In this document: positions 1 to 9,296 of the stretch, piece by piece
How positions within the stretch are numbered: position 1 is the stretch's first letter
Layout: every line of letters begins with the position of its first letter
Assembly: GCA_965223755.1 (NCBI GenBank)
Contig: CBDCXF010000001.1
Location: forward strand, 609,688 to 673,687
Direction of reading: 5' to 3'
DNA from: Candidatus Multivoradales bacterium
GTDB taxonomy: Bacteria > Acidobacteriota > Thermoanaerobaculia > Multivoradales > JAHEKO01
Length of the DNA stretch: 64,000 nucleotides
Position numbers and translations under genes: made by a program
Notes under the pieces: model-generated
What the model was told of the DNA's origin: nothing
Database searches by the model: none
Seen by the model: only the letters and a program-made list of their open reading frames with translations

Positions 1-966
1 TGGTTTCCGTTTCAAGCTTCTGTGGGGTCTGTAGGTGTTGTAGATGTCCTGGAATCTCTGGACGTAGGGCCTCAATCCCGAGACGGTGTCGGGCAATTCA
101 TACATTTCATAAAACTCGCCTCTCCAGGTCTCCTGCATCCTCTCGACGGTGCCATTGAGCTTGGGGCTCTTGGGCGGCAGGACGTAAAGCGTGATGCCTC
201 GGTCTCGGCAAGCCTTCTCAAACTCGGCCATGAATTCGCTCCCACCATCCACCTGGATCGAGGTGATCTCAAACGGACACTCTGTGATGACCTTGTCGAG
301 GAAGCGGGCAGCGCAGCGACTGGTTGCGCGCTGGTAGACCTCTCCCACTGTCCAGCGACTCACTGGGCAAGAGGCCGAGAAGTGCTTGAGCCATCTTCCT
401 GGAGCGGGGACCAGGTGCAGAGTATCGATCTGGATTCGTTCACCCGCCTGGGTGGGTTTCGGGCAGGACTTGGGCAAGCGCTTGGCGTGCAGGCGGCGCA
501 TACGCCGAGAGTTCTTGTACTTCAAACGCTGGTAGCGCACCCGATAGATCACCCCTCGGTCCATCAGGTGGCGCAAGATCCTTCCGACCGTGGCTTCTGA
601 AACCTCAAACCCTTCGGCTTGGATCAAAGGAGCTAGGGTCTCCTTGCCCCAGGCAGGAAACTCTTTACGAAGGGTTTCGACCCGGTGCACCAGATCCGAG
701 GACCAATTGGCCTTACGCACGCGTTTGGGCCGACTCGAGAGGGGTTCTAGATGCCGAGGTCCACGCTCTAGGCGCTTTCTCCAGCGGTAGAGAGTTGCCC
801 GACTCTTGCCCAGAATCTGAGCTGCTTCTTCACCTGAGACCCCCTTGGAGCGTAACTGCTCAAAGCCTTTGACCAAGCGCAGGCGCTCTTCGGCTTCATC
901 GCTCAGAGCAGCAATGTCTTGACGGTAGTACTTGTAGAAACTGGGATTGAGTGCGACGATTTGCAA
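1..966 (-). CDS. IS481-family DDE transposase with an N-terminal HTH and an rve integrase core. The C-terminus is truncated by the window edge. Likely TTG start near 966.
   Basis: I translated the minus strand by hand. It reads ...GEEAAQILGKSRATLYRWRKRLERGP...RIQIDTLHL...LDKVITECPFEITSIQVDGGSEFMAEFEKACRDRGITLYVLPPKSPKLNGTVERMQETWRGEFYEMY...YNTYRPHRSL. DDE, the K-L-N-G-x-VER motif and YNxxRPH are hallmarks of IS481/IS3-type integrase cores. The ORF track misses it because it has no in-window stop on this frame and a non-ATG start. An AGGGAG SD lies about 10 nt before the TTG. Confidence 0.8.
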   Translation of the reverse strand, partial: MQIVALNPSFYKYYRQDIAALSDEAEERLRLVKGFEQLRSKGVSGEEAAQILGKSRATLYRWRKRLERGPRHLEPLSSRPKRVRKANWSSDLVHRVETLRKEFPAWGKETLAPLIQAEGFEVSEATVGRILRHLMDRGVIYRVRYQRLKYKNSRRMRRLHAKRLPKSCPKPTQAGERIQIDTLHLVPAPGRWLKHFSASCPVSRWTVGEVYQRATSRCAARFLDKVITECPFEITSIQVDGGSEFMAEFEKACRDRGITLYVLPPKSPKLNGTVERMQETWRGEFYEMYELPDTVSGLRPYVQRFQDIYNTYRPHRSLKRKP

Positions 967-1060
967 TTGGGGGTCTCCCTTCGTTTTGGGTTATTTGTCA
1001 TGACCCGAAGGGTTTCGGCCCCCTTTTCTCTTGTCAAGGCTGGGGATGATGACGGCTTGA
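1..1060 (-). mobile_element. IS481-family insertion sequence, partial. It runs off the 5' edge of the window; the inner boundary is approximate.
   Basis: The minus-strand transposase fills positions 1-966. The inner inverted repeat could not be defined by eye, and the other IS end lies outside the window. Confidence 0.6.
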
Positions 1061-1216
1061 TGGATAGCTCGCCTGTGGCGACCTAACCACAACCCTTGGG
1101 AATCTCTGCCGAGATTCCCACATCTCCCACAGCCTCTACGACGAACCGATCTGTCGCACAGGTGTTTGATCTAGCTCAGCGTTCCGGCCGACCCCGTGGC
1201 CACAGTTCGATGCCGT

Positions 1217-2266
1217 CTAGTTGTCCCCCATCAGGATGTCGCCAAGACCGCCTAAGACCGAACCTTCGCCCTTCCGAGCACCGCCGGTCTGTGGCGCCGC
1301 AGCGTAGACCCGGCTGGCCAGACGGCTGAACGGCAACGACTGCACCCAAACCTTGCCGGGGCCGGTCAATGCGGCAAAGAACAGCCCTTCTCCTCCGAAC
1401 AAGGCGGTCTTGATGCCGGGGACCATCTGGATGTCGTAGGTGACTGTGGATTCCAGGGCGACCAAGCAACCGGTATCGAGGCGCATGCGTTCGCCGGCGG
1501 CTAGCTCACGCTCCATGATGGTGCCGCCAGCGTGGACAAACGCCAGGCCGTCGCCTTCCAGCTTCTGCAGGATGAATCCTTCTCCACCGAAGAAACCAGC
1601 TCCGAGACGGCGGTTGAAGGCGATACCTACCGCGACACCTTTGGCCGCACACAAGAAGGCGTCCTTCTGGCAGATGAGCTGGCCGTTGTGTGCACTCAGG
1701 TCGATGGGGATGATGCGTCCTGGGTAAGGCGACGCAAAGGCCACCTTCTGGCGCTGTGGATGGGTGTTGCCGAACACCGTCATGAACAGACTCTCTCCAG
1801 TCAGCACCCGTTTTCCAGCACTGAGGACTTTGTCGAGGAAACCGCCCTGCTTATCTTTGTAAGACCCGTCGCCGAAGATGGTCTGCATGTCGATGCCGGG
1901 ATCCATGTACATAAAGGAGCCCGCCTCCGCGATGCACGCCTCCTGCGAGTCGAGGGTAATTTCGACGAATTGCATCTCCTCGCCGAAGATTTGGTAGTCG
2001 ATCTCGTCGGCCATGCGGTCGGTCGGCACCGGCGGCGGAGCTTGTTCGGCAAAGGCCTCAGCGAAATCCTCGTGGTCGCCGGCGACAACCCAGTTGTCCA
2101 TCCCTTTGCGAAAGACGTAGGCGTTGCGCGGCAGTGCACCGCCGCGAATTTGCGCTTCGACGTCAGCCTTGGTCATGGGACCGGCCTGCTTGCCGTTGAC
2201 AGCGGTAAACCACACTGAGTTTTGAGTTGGGGCTTGGGTATCTGGGCTTTGTTCGCTTTCAGTCAT
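1217..2266 (-). CDS. AIM24 / TIGR00266-family protein with an N-terminal DUF4339 (GYF-like) domain.
   Basis: The N-terminus reads [50 protein letters not shown], which resembles a DUF4339/GYF domain. The C-terminal 250 aa is glycine-rich, like the AIM24/DUF124 fold. It overlaps the upstream gene by 4 nt (ATGA). Confidence 0.55.
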   Translation of the reverse strand: MTESEQSPDTQAPTQNSVWFTAVNGKQAGPMTKADVEAQIRGGALPRNAYVFRKGMDNWVVAGDHEDFAEAFAEQAPPPVPTDRMADEIDYQIFGEEMQFVEITLDSQEACIAEAGSFMYMDPGIDMQTIFGDGSYKDKQGGFLDKVLSAGKRVLTGESLFMTVFGNTHPQRQKVAFASPYPGRIIPIDLSAHNGQLICQKDAFLCAAKGVAVGIAFNRRLGAGFFGGEGFILQKLEGDGLAFVHAGGTIMERELAAGERMRLDTGCLVALESTVTYDIQMVPGIKTALFGGEGLFFAALTGPGKVWVQSLPFSRLASRVYAAAPQTGGARKGEGSVLGGLGDILMGDN

Positions 2267-3174
2267 TGAGAATCTCCAAAGTCTGTATCCGCATCTTCAA
2301 CGTGGACTGGTCCGTTTGTGGCATGGAATCGAACTTCAAACATCTTCGACCAATACTTGCCGGTGACAAAAAAAGTTTCTCTTTGCGGATGATATGCAAT
2401 GCCATTGAGGACTTCGGCGTTGCCAGGATTTGGGCCCAGTGCCTGGCGTAGGTCGCTAGCGTCGATGCGCGCGCGGACACGTCCCTGCTCTGGGTCTAGT
2501 GCGGCGATCTCATCCAGGGTATAGATGTTGGCGTAGATCAAGTCGCCAACGCACTCCAGCTCGTTGAGAAGGTGAACGGGAGCGGTCAGGTCGGTGAAGG
2601 TTTGGTCGGAGAGGTGGGCAAACGACTCGGGGTCGAAGGTTCTGAGGGTGCCGCCACCGTTGCTCAACCACAATCTCGTTCCATCGTTGCAGAGTCCCCA
2701 GCCCTGTCCTTGATAGCTGGCGGTCCCCTCGAGTTTGAGATTCTTGTTCCAACGCAGGGCCGTCCCCGCGTTCCAGGTCAGTTGCCACAGATGGTTGCCG
2801 TGCCCGGTCAAGCCTTCCCCGAATAGGTTGTGGTCGAGAGCTTGACGAGCTAGGACTCGCCCAGTTTCCCAATCGACTCTCCGCATTTCGGACTGCCCGT
2901 AGTGTCCCGTGCTCTCCCATAGGACGCCGTCCACGAACTCCAGTCCTTGGGTGTAGGCCTGTGGGTCGTGTGGATACTCAGCCAGGATCTCCACGGTCCA
3001 CTGTTCGGAGGCCAACACCGGGTGTGTGGACGGTGCTGGTGAGGCGGGCTCCGCCAATGGAGCCTCGGAGGTCGGCTCCACTTCCGCCGGTTCCGATTCC
3101 GTGGCAGCGCCACAGGCGGCCACGATGACAACGAGCGCACATAGAGCACGTCGGGCAGCGGGATTCACCGGCAC
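2263..3174 (-). CDS. Glutaminyl-peptide cyclotransferase, of the plant/bacterial beta-propeller type. Lipoprotein-like signal.
   Basis: N-terminal signal with [11 protein letters not shown]. It carries [14 protein letters not shown]...[23 protein letters not shown], which is characteristic of bacterial/plant glutamine cyclotransferases. Length is about 300 aa. Confidence 0.7.
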   Translation of the reverse strand: MPVNPAARRALCALVVIVAACGAATESEPAEVEPTSEAPLAEPASPAPSTHPVLASEQWTVEILAEYPHDPQAYTQGLEFVDGVLWESTGHYGQSEMRRVDWETGRVLARQALDHNLFGEGLTGHGNHLWQLTWNAGTALRWNKNLKLEGTASYQGQGWGLCNDGTRLWLSNGGGTLRTFDPESFAHLSDQTFTDLTAPVHLLNELECVGDLIYANIYTLDEIAALDPEQGRVRARIDASDLRQALGPNPGNAEVLNGIAYHPQRETFFVTGKYWSKMFEVRFHATNGPVHVEDADTDFGDSQ

Positions 3175-3183
3175 GGCGACTCG

Positions 3184-5160
3184 CTAAGCGGTGCGTTTGC
3201 GAACGCGGTATGCGAACCAGGCAATGAGTCCGGCAAAGAAGACTGTCGCTAGCGGATGCGCAAAAGCACCCGCCCAGTGCTCACCAATACTCCATGGTGA
3301 CATGCCGCGCGCAGCAGCCCAGCCAGCGGCCGCCGCGACGCCAACACCCAACAGCCCTTCGCCACCGACCAAGCCCGACGCGATCAAGACGCCGCGCTCT
3401 CGGCGATCGTCGGCTTCATCTTCGTTGCTGGCTCGGCTGGTCAACCACCAACGCAGCATCCCACCGAAGAACACCGGCACCATGGTGGCCACCGGCAGGT
3501 AGACGCCAACCGCGAATGGCAGACTCGGGATGCGGAACAGCTCTGCAATTACGGCGATCGCCACTCCGATTCCCACCAACGCCCAGGGTAGTTCGCTCTG
3601 CAGCACGCCGTCGATCACCAGTTTCATCAACGTCGCTTGCGGTGCCGGTAGCTCCTCGCTGCCAAATCCGTAGGCGTTGGAGAGCACAATGACCGTGAGG
3701 CAGACAAAGGTCGCTGAGGTCAGGACGCCGACCAGTTCACCGATTTGTTGCCGTCGCGGGGTCGCGCCGAGCAGGAAACCGGTCTTGAGGTCTTGTGAGG
3801 TGTCCCCTGCAATTGAGGCGGCGATGGCCACCACACACCCAACTGTCAATGCCGCGATCTTGCCCTGCAAGTCGGTCCAACCCAGGAGTAGGAAGATGCC
3901 CGCGGTCGCCAGCAGCGTGGCGATCGTCATGCCGCTGGTTGGATTGGAAGTCACTCCCACCAGACCGACAATGCGCGAGGAGACGGTGACGAAGAAGAAG
4001 GCCGCGATGACCACCAGGATTGCGGCGAGCACGCGCGCGGGTACTCCGGGGAGTGAGGCGAAGGCTACCGGTATGAGGCCGAGAACGGCAGCCAGGATAC
4101 CGACGCCGATGAGGGTCGTTTTCAGGCTGAGGTCGGTCTCGGTGCGCGGAATCGATTCGCTATCGTCGCCGCGGGAGCGGAACTGACGGGCGCCGACACG
4201 GAAGCTCTCGATCATGGTGGGGATGGACCGAATCAGGGTGATGATTCCCGCCGTGGCTACCGCCCCCGCGCCGATGTAGCGCACGTAGCGAGTCCAGATC
4301 AGCGACGGTGACATCTCGGCGATGGTCATCACCGTCTCCGGGTACAGAGGCTCGGCGCGGCCGGTACCCCAGTAGGCGATCGCAGGAATGATCACCAGCG
4401 ACGACAGCAGCCCACCGCCGACCATGATCGCCGCGACTTTGGGACCGAGGATGTAGCCGACGCCAAAAAGGGCGGCGGAAACATCGCTCGATAGCTCGCC
4501 CTTCTTCAAGAACGGGATCTTGACCGACAGTTCGTCGGGCAGCGCCTTGGCCCAACCGACGACAAACTTGAAGGCAGCGCCCACTCCCAAGCCCCAAAAG
4601 ACGTTAGCGGCTCCGCTGCCACCGGTGTCGCTGGCGACCAAGACTCCAGCACATGCCGTTCCTTCCGGGTAAGGCAGCTTGCCATGCTCCCTTGCGATCA
4701 GATAAGAGCGCAAGGGAATCATGAACAGGATGCCGAGCAGCCCGCCGCACATTGCCAGCAAGGTCATTTGCACCAGCGAGGGCGGGGCTCCCCACAGAAA
4801 CAGCGCCGGCAAGGTGAAGATGACGCCGCTGGCCACGGAGCTGGACGCCGAACCGACGGTCTGTGACAGGTTGGCCTCGAGGATGCTGGATTGCGATCCC
4901 AGGCGACTGAGGACGCGAAAAGCGGCAACCGTAATCACCGCCACCGGAATTGATGTGGAGATCGTCAACCCGGCGCGCAGTCCGAGGTAGGCGTTGGCCG
5001 CTCCGAAAAGGATGCCGAAGAAGATGCCGGCGATGATGGCGCGGATGGTGAACTCGGCGGGCGAGGTATCGGGAGCCACATAGGGCTCGTAACGTTGCCC
5101 CTCGGCGAGCGGTTCGAACGCCGCCTTGGGCAATCCACGGGCTGGTTTGTCGTCGATCAT
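3184..5160 (-). CDS. OPT-family oligopeptide transporter.
   Basis: 658 aa, polytopic membrane protein with OPT superfamily architecture. It heads a minus-strand operon with the glutaminyl cyclase (10-nt gap) and the AIM24-like gene. SD AAAGGGGAG lies before the ATG. Confidence 0.7.
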   Translation of the reverse strand: MIDDKPARGLPKAAFEPLAEGQRYEPYVAPDTSPAEFTIRAIIAGIFFGILFGAANAYLGLRAGLTISTSIPVAVITVAAFRVLSRLGSQSSILEANLSQTVGSASSSVASGVIFTLPALFLWGAPPSLVQMTLLAMCGGLLGILFMIPLRSYLIAREHGKLPYPEGTACAGVLVASDTGGSGAANVFWGLGVGAAFKFVVGWAKALPDELSVKIPFLKKGELSSDVSAALFGVGYILGPKVAAIMVGGGLLSSLVIIPAIAYWGTGRAEPLYPETVMTIAEMSPSLIWTRYVRYIGAGAVATAGIITLIRSIPTMIESFRVGARQFRSRGDDSESIPRTETDLSLKTTLIGVGILAAVLGLIPVAFASLPGVPARVLAAILVVIAAFFFVTVSSRIVGLVGVTSNPTSGMTIATLLATAGIFLLLGWTDLQGKIAALTVGCVVAIAASIAGDTSQDLKTGFLLGATPRRQQIGELVGVLTSATFVCLTVIVLSNAYGFGSEELPAPQATLMKLVIDGVLQSELPWALVGIGVAIAVIAELFRIPSLPFAVGVYLPVATMVPVFFGGMLRWWLTSRASNEDEADDRRERGVLIASGLVGGEGLLGVGVAAAAGWAAARGMSPWSIGEHWAGAFAHPLATVFFAGLIAWFAYRVRKRTA

Positions 5161-5182
5161 GGCTCCCCTTTCTGGCTCGCTC

Positions 5183-5226
5183 GTCTAGCTTCCTTGCTTA
5201 GCTTCATTTACTGTCTAGCATCCTTG
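5183..5226 (-). promoter_or_regulatory. Two 14-nt direct repeats, GTCTAGC(T/A)TCCTTG, with centres 30 bp apart, in the 82-bp intergenic region upstream of the OPT operon. Candidate operator.
   Basis: Seen directly: gtctagcttccttg at 5183-5196 and gtctagcatccttg at 5213-5226, 13 of 14 identical. They sit 23-66 nt upstream of the OPT start codon. Confidence 0.25.
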
Positions 5227-5242
5227 TCTGGCGCGCCGGATG

Positions 5243-8200
5243 CTACTCGACCACCTCTGAGGTGTCGATTGGAGATTCTGCGGCAGGGTCGATTGGAAGT
5301 CGGAAAAGAACGCGCAGACCACCGCCCTCTCGGGCTACGGCCTCGATCTTGCCCCCGTGCGACTCAACGATGCGTTTGCTGATCGGCAACCCTAGACCGG
5401 TTCCGGTCGCATGGGTCGAGAAATAGGGTTCAAAAATGCGGTCCAGGTCGGCTTGCGGCACGCCAGGGCCCCGATCCTTGACTTCAACCTGGACCTGCCT
5501 GCCATCTGCCTCTCGAATCTCGATCTCCACCGGGCTCCCATTGGCTACCCGGAGGGCGTTCTCAATCAGATTGCGCAGCACTCGAGTCAGAAGGCGACGG
5601 TCGGCATAGAGTTCGATTTCGTTGCGGTCGCCGTCCATGACGATCACCTCGCCTCCTTGAGCGCGATAGCTGTCGACGATTTCGCGACCCCAAGCTATAG
5701 CGTCAAATCGTTCGAGTTCCAGTTCGGGGCGGCGGCTGTATTCCGAGAATTCGTTGGCGATAAGACGCAGGTCTTCGACCTGGCGAAGGATGTTGGCGGT
5801 ACAGCGATCGACGGTGTCGTCTTGACGGAACACTTCGCGTAGGTGCTCGGCCGAGAGCCGAATGGGGGTGAGGGGGTTCTTGATCTCGTGAGCAACGATC
5901 CGGGCCATTTCCGCCCACGCCGCCAGGCGCTCGCCCCGCACGATATCGGTGACATCTTCCACCACCCACAGCGTCGCGTCACCGCCGTGGCGCTCGACGG
6001 GGAGCGCGGCAACATTCCAAGACCGCTCTTCGCCGTTTTCATCGATGTCTACCGCGCCAGCCCAACGCTGGCCTGAGGCGTCGTCATCCGGACCGGAGGC
6101 GGGAATCCGCTTCATTTCAGGTCGGATTACCGCGGACCAGTTGTCGCCTTCACCAACACCCAAGAGTTCTTCTCCAGCACGATTGACCCGACTGACTTTT
6201 CCGTCACTACGCACCAGGACGACGGCGGTGGCGACATTGGCCAGAATGCGCTCCAGCAACTCTCGCTCGACTCTCTCGCGACGCTGAGACACCGATATGT
6301 CCGCAGCCATTTTGTCGATCGCTGAAGCTAGTCTGCCGAGGTCGCCCTCGTCCGGCATGGCAATGCCCAGCGACTCCGCTCCTCCAGCGATCCGTTCGGT
6401 CCCCGCGATCATTTCCAGAACGGGTCGACTGAAGCCTTGAGTCGCGCGGCGTGTCGCCCACAGCCCAAGCAGCAAGATGGCCAGTGCAATCAGCAGAGTT
6501 CTCGCTCGCAAGGTCTGCGCCGCCTCGGTCAGAAGATCTAACTGCGCTGTCACCGGAACCGCCAAAATGAACCGCGGCCCGGTCGTTCCCAGATTGACGT
6601 TGAGAGGGGCGTAGACGGATCGCTCCCCGGTGGCAGGATTGCTGTGGCTGACCTGCGGCGCGCCGTCGAGCACCAGCGCCGAATACACCTCGGCAGGAAG
6701 TCGACTGCCCACCTCGCCGGACGCAAAGCGAAAACGGCGGCTGGTGGCATAAAGACCGCTGTCCCAGTAGAGGTCAGCGTCCCGTGCGACGATTTGCGAC
6801 ACCCCCGCGAGCAGGTCGTCATTGAAGTAAGTGGCGAGCGCAAAATTGGGGCTGACGGTTTCTACATAGTTGTTAATAGTGCGCCGCGCCGCCTCCAATG
6901 CCCCAGTTTCCAGCCGATCTCGTTGGTCGGCGAGACTTCTCTCGTACAGCGTCAGCAAGGCGAGATTGAGCACCAGCAATGGAATCAGGATCAAGCCGCC
7001 CAGGGTCAGTGCCAACCGGCGTGGGAACGACTGGCGCCAAGCTTGGATCTGTTCTCGCAGTCCCCGTTTGCCGAACCCCGGTTGGCTCAACAAGCTAAAA
7101 AGCCCGAGAACGACGAAGCACAGGGCGACGCGGCCGGCAACGCGCTCGGTGGCAGCACCAGGAGCGAGGGCAGCAAGCTCAAGGCGAAAAGCACGGTCAG
7201 GGGAAAGGAGGTTGAACGAGTTGTTCCACAGGCCCGGCGATTTCGAGTCGATCTCCTCGTCGAGTTCGTTCGGCAACGTCGTCAATACGGCCGGCTCGAA
7301 ACTCCGCTGCTGCGCTCCGGCCAGCAACCGGCGTAGCGCCCAACCGTTTACAGGCTGCCAGGCATATTCGAGGTCGGCGAAGTAGCTACCGCCGAGGAGC
7401 AACCGAACCACTCCCCCACTGCCACCGGCCGACTCCCCCGAGGCTTCCGTCGGGCCCTGGGCGGTCAGTAAACCCCGTTCATAGGTCGAAAGCTCGGTTT
7501 CCTCGCCGAGAACGGTGGCGTACGAGTTCAAATCTCGGTGGTTGAGAGGAGAAGCCTGCCAAACACCAAAGGCGAGGGCTTCGACCGAACCCAAGGCGGT
7601 TTGTCCAAGGCTGAGCGAGAGAATGTCGAAGTCTTCGAGTTTGGCGCGTATTCGCTCGTTCATTTCAACGAGTTCATCCGGCGTCGCTGCCGCCGTACGA
7701 TCGAGTTCGGTGAGCGCGCGGCGCGACTGGGCCAAACGTTCGCTCCCCGTCCACAATAAGGTCACCCAAGTTGCCAGCAACAGCATCAGGGGCACGCGAC
7801 TGGAACCGCTGGCGGTGCTGAGGATCGCAATTCCCGCCACAGCGGCCACAAGCAACGCGACGACTGGCACATCGAGCCAAGCTGCTCCGATCGCGAGCGC
7901 AACGATCAGCACGCCCAACCACGCACGCGGTGCCATGCTTTGCGTTTTCTCCCGCCCCGGTCGCAAAACTCCAACAGCGTATGCAGCGCCGGCGATGAGG
8001 GCGAGAACTCCTTCCGACATCGAAGGGAAGCCGGGAATCGCCACGCTGCCGCCGATCATTCCGCTTGTCCACCCACCCGCCACCGCGAGCCCAGCGCCCA
8101 CTGCGAGTTGCGCCCCTAACGGTGCCATTCGCAACAGAGGTACACCCATTGCGGCCATAATCCACGCGACAGCCACCCACACCGATGCAGAGAAGAGATA

Positions 8201-9133
8201 GAGCGCGACGGCCGCAGTCACCATTAATGACGGCCAACTCGCAACCATGGGACGGGGGCGGTGCTCGGATTGAGGCGAAGCACCGGGAATCCACAGCGCG
8301 GCAACCAATGCCAGCGCCATGGTCACTTGCAACCAGCGCGGCGTGCTGGCTGTGGTCGAGCTTTGGGACGCAAGCCAAAGATCCGGCCACGGTTCGGCGG
8401 AAATCGCCACGATTCCTGGAGGCGCCGGCCGCCGGCCAGGTGCTACGGACCAAATCTGAGCCTCATCTTCAGCCCAAGGCACTCGGCTGGAATTGAACGA
8501 ACGGGCGGCGGTGACCAACCATCCGCGCCATTGCTCGCCGAGAGGAACCGTCGACGTCAACGTCACCGAAGCTGGACGCACGAAGGCCTGTGCTCCCCCA
8601 CGCGTCGGCAAAGCGGCTGCAAAGGCACCTCCCTCTCTGCCGGGGTCAACTGGAAGTGAAGGTCCGGACCAGGCCACGACCTGTCCCGCGCTACGAATCA
8701 AAAACACCGAAGTCAAAGGGTGATGGGTTTCGAGGGCGGCAAAAAGGTCGGCCAGTTCGTCGTCGGTGTCGCTCTTTGGGGCATCACCGTCCGCTTGTGT
8801 TGCGGCTAGCCGTTGAACTCGGGCAGCGGTCTGGCGGGCTGAATCGGCAAGATCCTCCCAGATTTCTGCGTACGCGCTGCGGTGCCAGGACTCAGAATGC
8901 CCACTCGGGGGAGCCCAGGTACGAATCAAGCCGGCGGCGAGCGCGAGGATCGCCACCGCTCCGATCAGGCTGCGCTGCAGGTCTAATTTCCCACGCGGTG
9001 GACGTACTGCTCGCAACGTCCACACCAGCATTGCCGTCAGCCCCAAAAGATGGCCCCAGAGACCGCCTAAGACAAACCCGAGGCCGGCCCCTGCGAGCAA
9101 GTAAAAGTCTGAGCGCGGTGCTGGGCGATTCAT
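5243..9133 (-). CDS. Giant (1296 aa) NtrY-like sensor histidine kinase. About 840 aa of polytopic membrane/periplasmic N-terminal region, then HAMP-PAS-HisKA-HATPase.
   Basis: The HisKA H-box AHEIKNPLTPIRLSAEHLREV is nearly identical to the NtrY consensus. PAS segment ERELLERILANVATAVVLVRSDGKVSRVNRAGEELLG. HATPase_c carries the N, G1 (DRGPGV) and G2 (GTGLGL) boxes. There are at least 8 predicted TM helices between residues 270 and 840. No response regulator is adjacent. Confidence 0.75.
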   Translation of the reverse strand: MNRPAPRSDFYLLAGAGLGFVLGGLWGHLLGLTAMLVWTLRAVRPPRGKLDLQRSLIGAVAILALAAGLIRTWAPPSGHSESWHRSAYAEIWEDLADSARQTAARVQRLAATQADGDAPKSDTDDELADLFAALETHHPLTSVFLIRSAGQVVAWSGPSLPVDPGREGGAFAAALPTRGGAQAFVRPASVTLTSTVPLGEQWRGWLVTAARSFNSSRVPWAEDEAQIWSVAPGRRPAPPGIVAISAEPWPDLWLASQSSTTASTPRWLQVTMALALVAALWIPGASPQSEHRPRPMVASWPSLMVTAAVALYLFSASVWVAVAWIMAAMGVPLLRMAPLGAQLAVGAGLAVAGGWTSGMIGGSVAIPGFPSMSEGVLALIAGAAYAVGVLRPGREKTQSMAPRAWLGVLIVALAIGAAWLDVPVVALLVAAVAGIAILSTASGSSRVPLMLLLATWVTLLWTGSERLAQSRRALTELDRTAAATPDELVEMNERIRAKLEDFDILSLSLGQTALGSVEALAFGVWQASPLNHRDLNSYATVLGEETELSTYERGLLTAQGPTEASGESAGGSGGVVRLLLGGSYFADLEYAWQPVNGWALRRLLAGAQQRSFEPAVLTTLPNELDEEIDSKSPGLWNNSFNLLSPDRAFRLELAALAPGAATERVAGRVALCFVVLGLFSLLSQPGFGKRGLREQIQAWRQSFPRRLALTLGGLILIPLLVLNLALLTLYERSLADQRDRLETGALEAARRTINNYVETVSPNFALATYFNDDLLAGVSQIVARDADLYWDSGLYATSRRFRFASGEVGSRLPAEVYSALVLDGAPQVSHSNPATGERSVYAPLNVNLGTTGPRFILAVPVTAQLDLLTEAAQTLRARTLLIALAILLLGLWATRRATQGFSRPVLEMIAGTERIAGGAESLGIAMPDEGDLGRLASAIDKMAADISVSQRRERVERELLERILANVATAVVLVRSDGKVSRVNRAGEELLGVGEGDNWSAVIRPEMKRIPASGPDDDASGQRWAGAVDIDENGEERSWNVAALPVERHGGDATLWVVEDVTDIVRGERLAAWAEMARIVAHEIKNPLTPIRLSAEHLREVFRQDDTVDRCTANILRQVEDLRLIANEFSEYSRRPELELERFDAIAWGREIVDSYRAQGGEVIVMDGDRNEIELYADRRLLTRVLRNLIENALRVANGSPVEIEIREADGRQVQVEVKDRGPGVPQADLDRIFEPYFSTHATGTGLGLPISKRIVESHGGKIEAVAREGGGLRVLFRLPIDPAAESPIDTSEVVE

Positions 9134-9229
9134 GGCTTGGTAGTCACTGATCGGGGTCGTCGCTGGTCGGGGTCATTGCCGGGGCGGGCTTCGCGGAAAA
9201 CTTGCAGTTTCTGCCGCCCTGGGGGGTGA

Positions 9230-9247
9230 ATGCAAGGACGCGGCCTG
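9230..9247 (-). promoter_or_regulatory. Weak candidate sigma-54 (-24/-12) promoter upstream of the sensor kinase.
   Basis: The minus strand reads cAGGCcGcgtccTTGCAt. The GG and GC are spaced as in TGGCACG-N4-TTGCW. The TTGCA element is perfect; the -24 element matches only in GGC. Confidence 0.2.
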
Positions 9248-9296
9248 AAAGAACATCCAAGCCTATTGGTACCGCTCCGCTTGGTGCGTCGGCACT

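Noticed and set aside
6644-8453. Several ORFs of 170-260 aa, on both strands, inside the sensor kinase gene.
   Set aside because: They overlap the kinase ORF in other frames. They are Arg/Ala/Ser-rich low-complexity translations typical of GC-rich DNA.
9134-9296. tRNA or small RNA in the hutU / kinase gap, and in the other gaps over 80 bp.
   Set aside because: I found no cloverleaf-compatible sequence, no GTTCRA T-loop motifs and no conserved acceptor pairing. Gaps are consistent with promoters and UTRs only.
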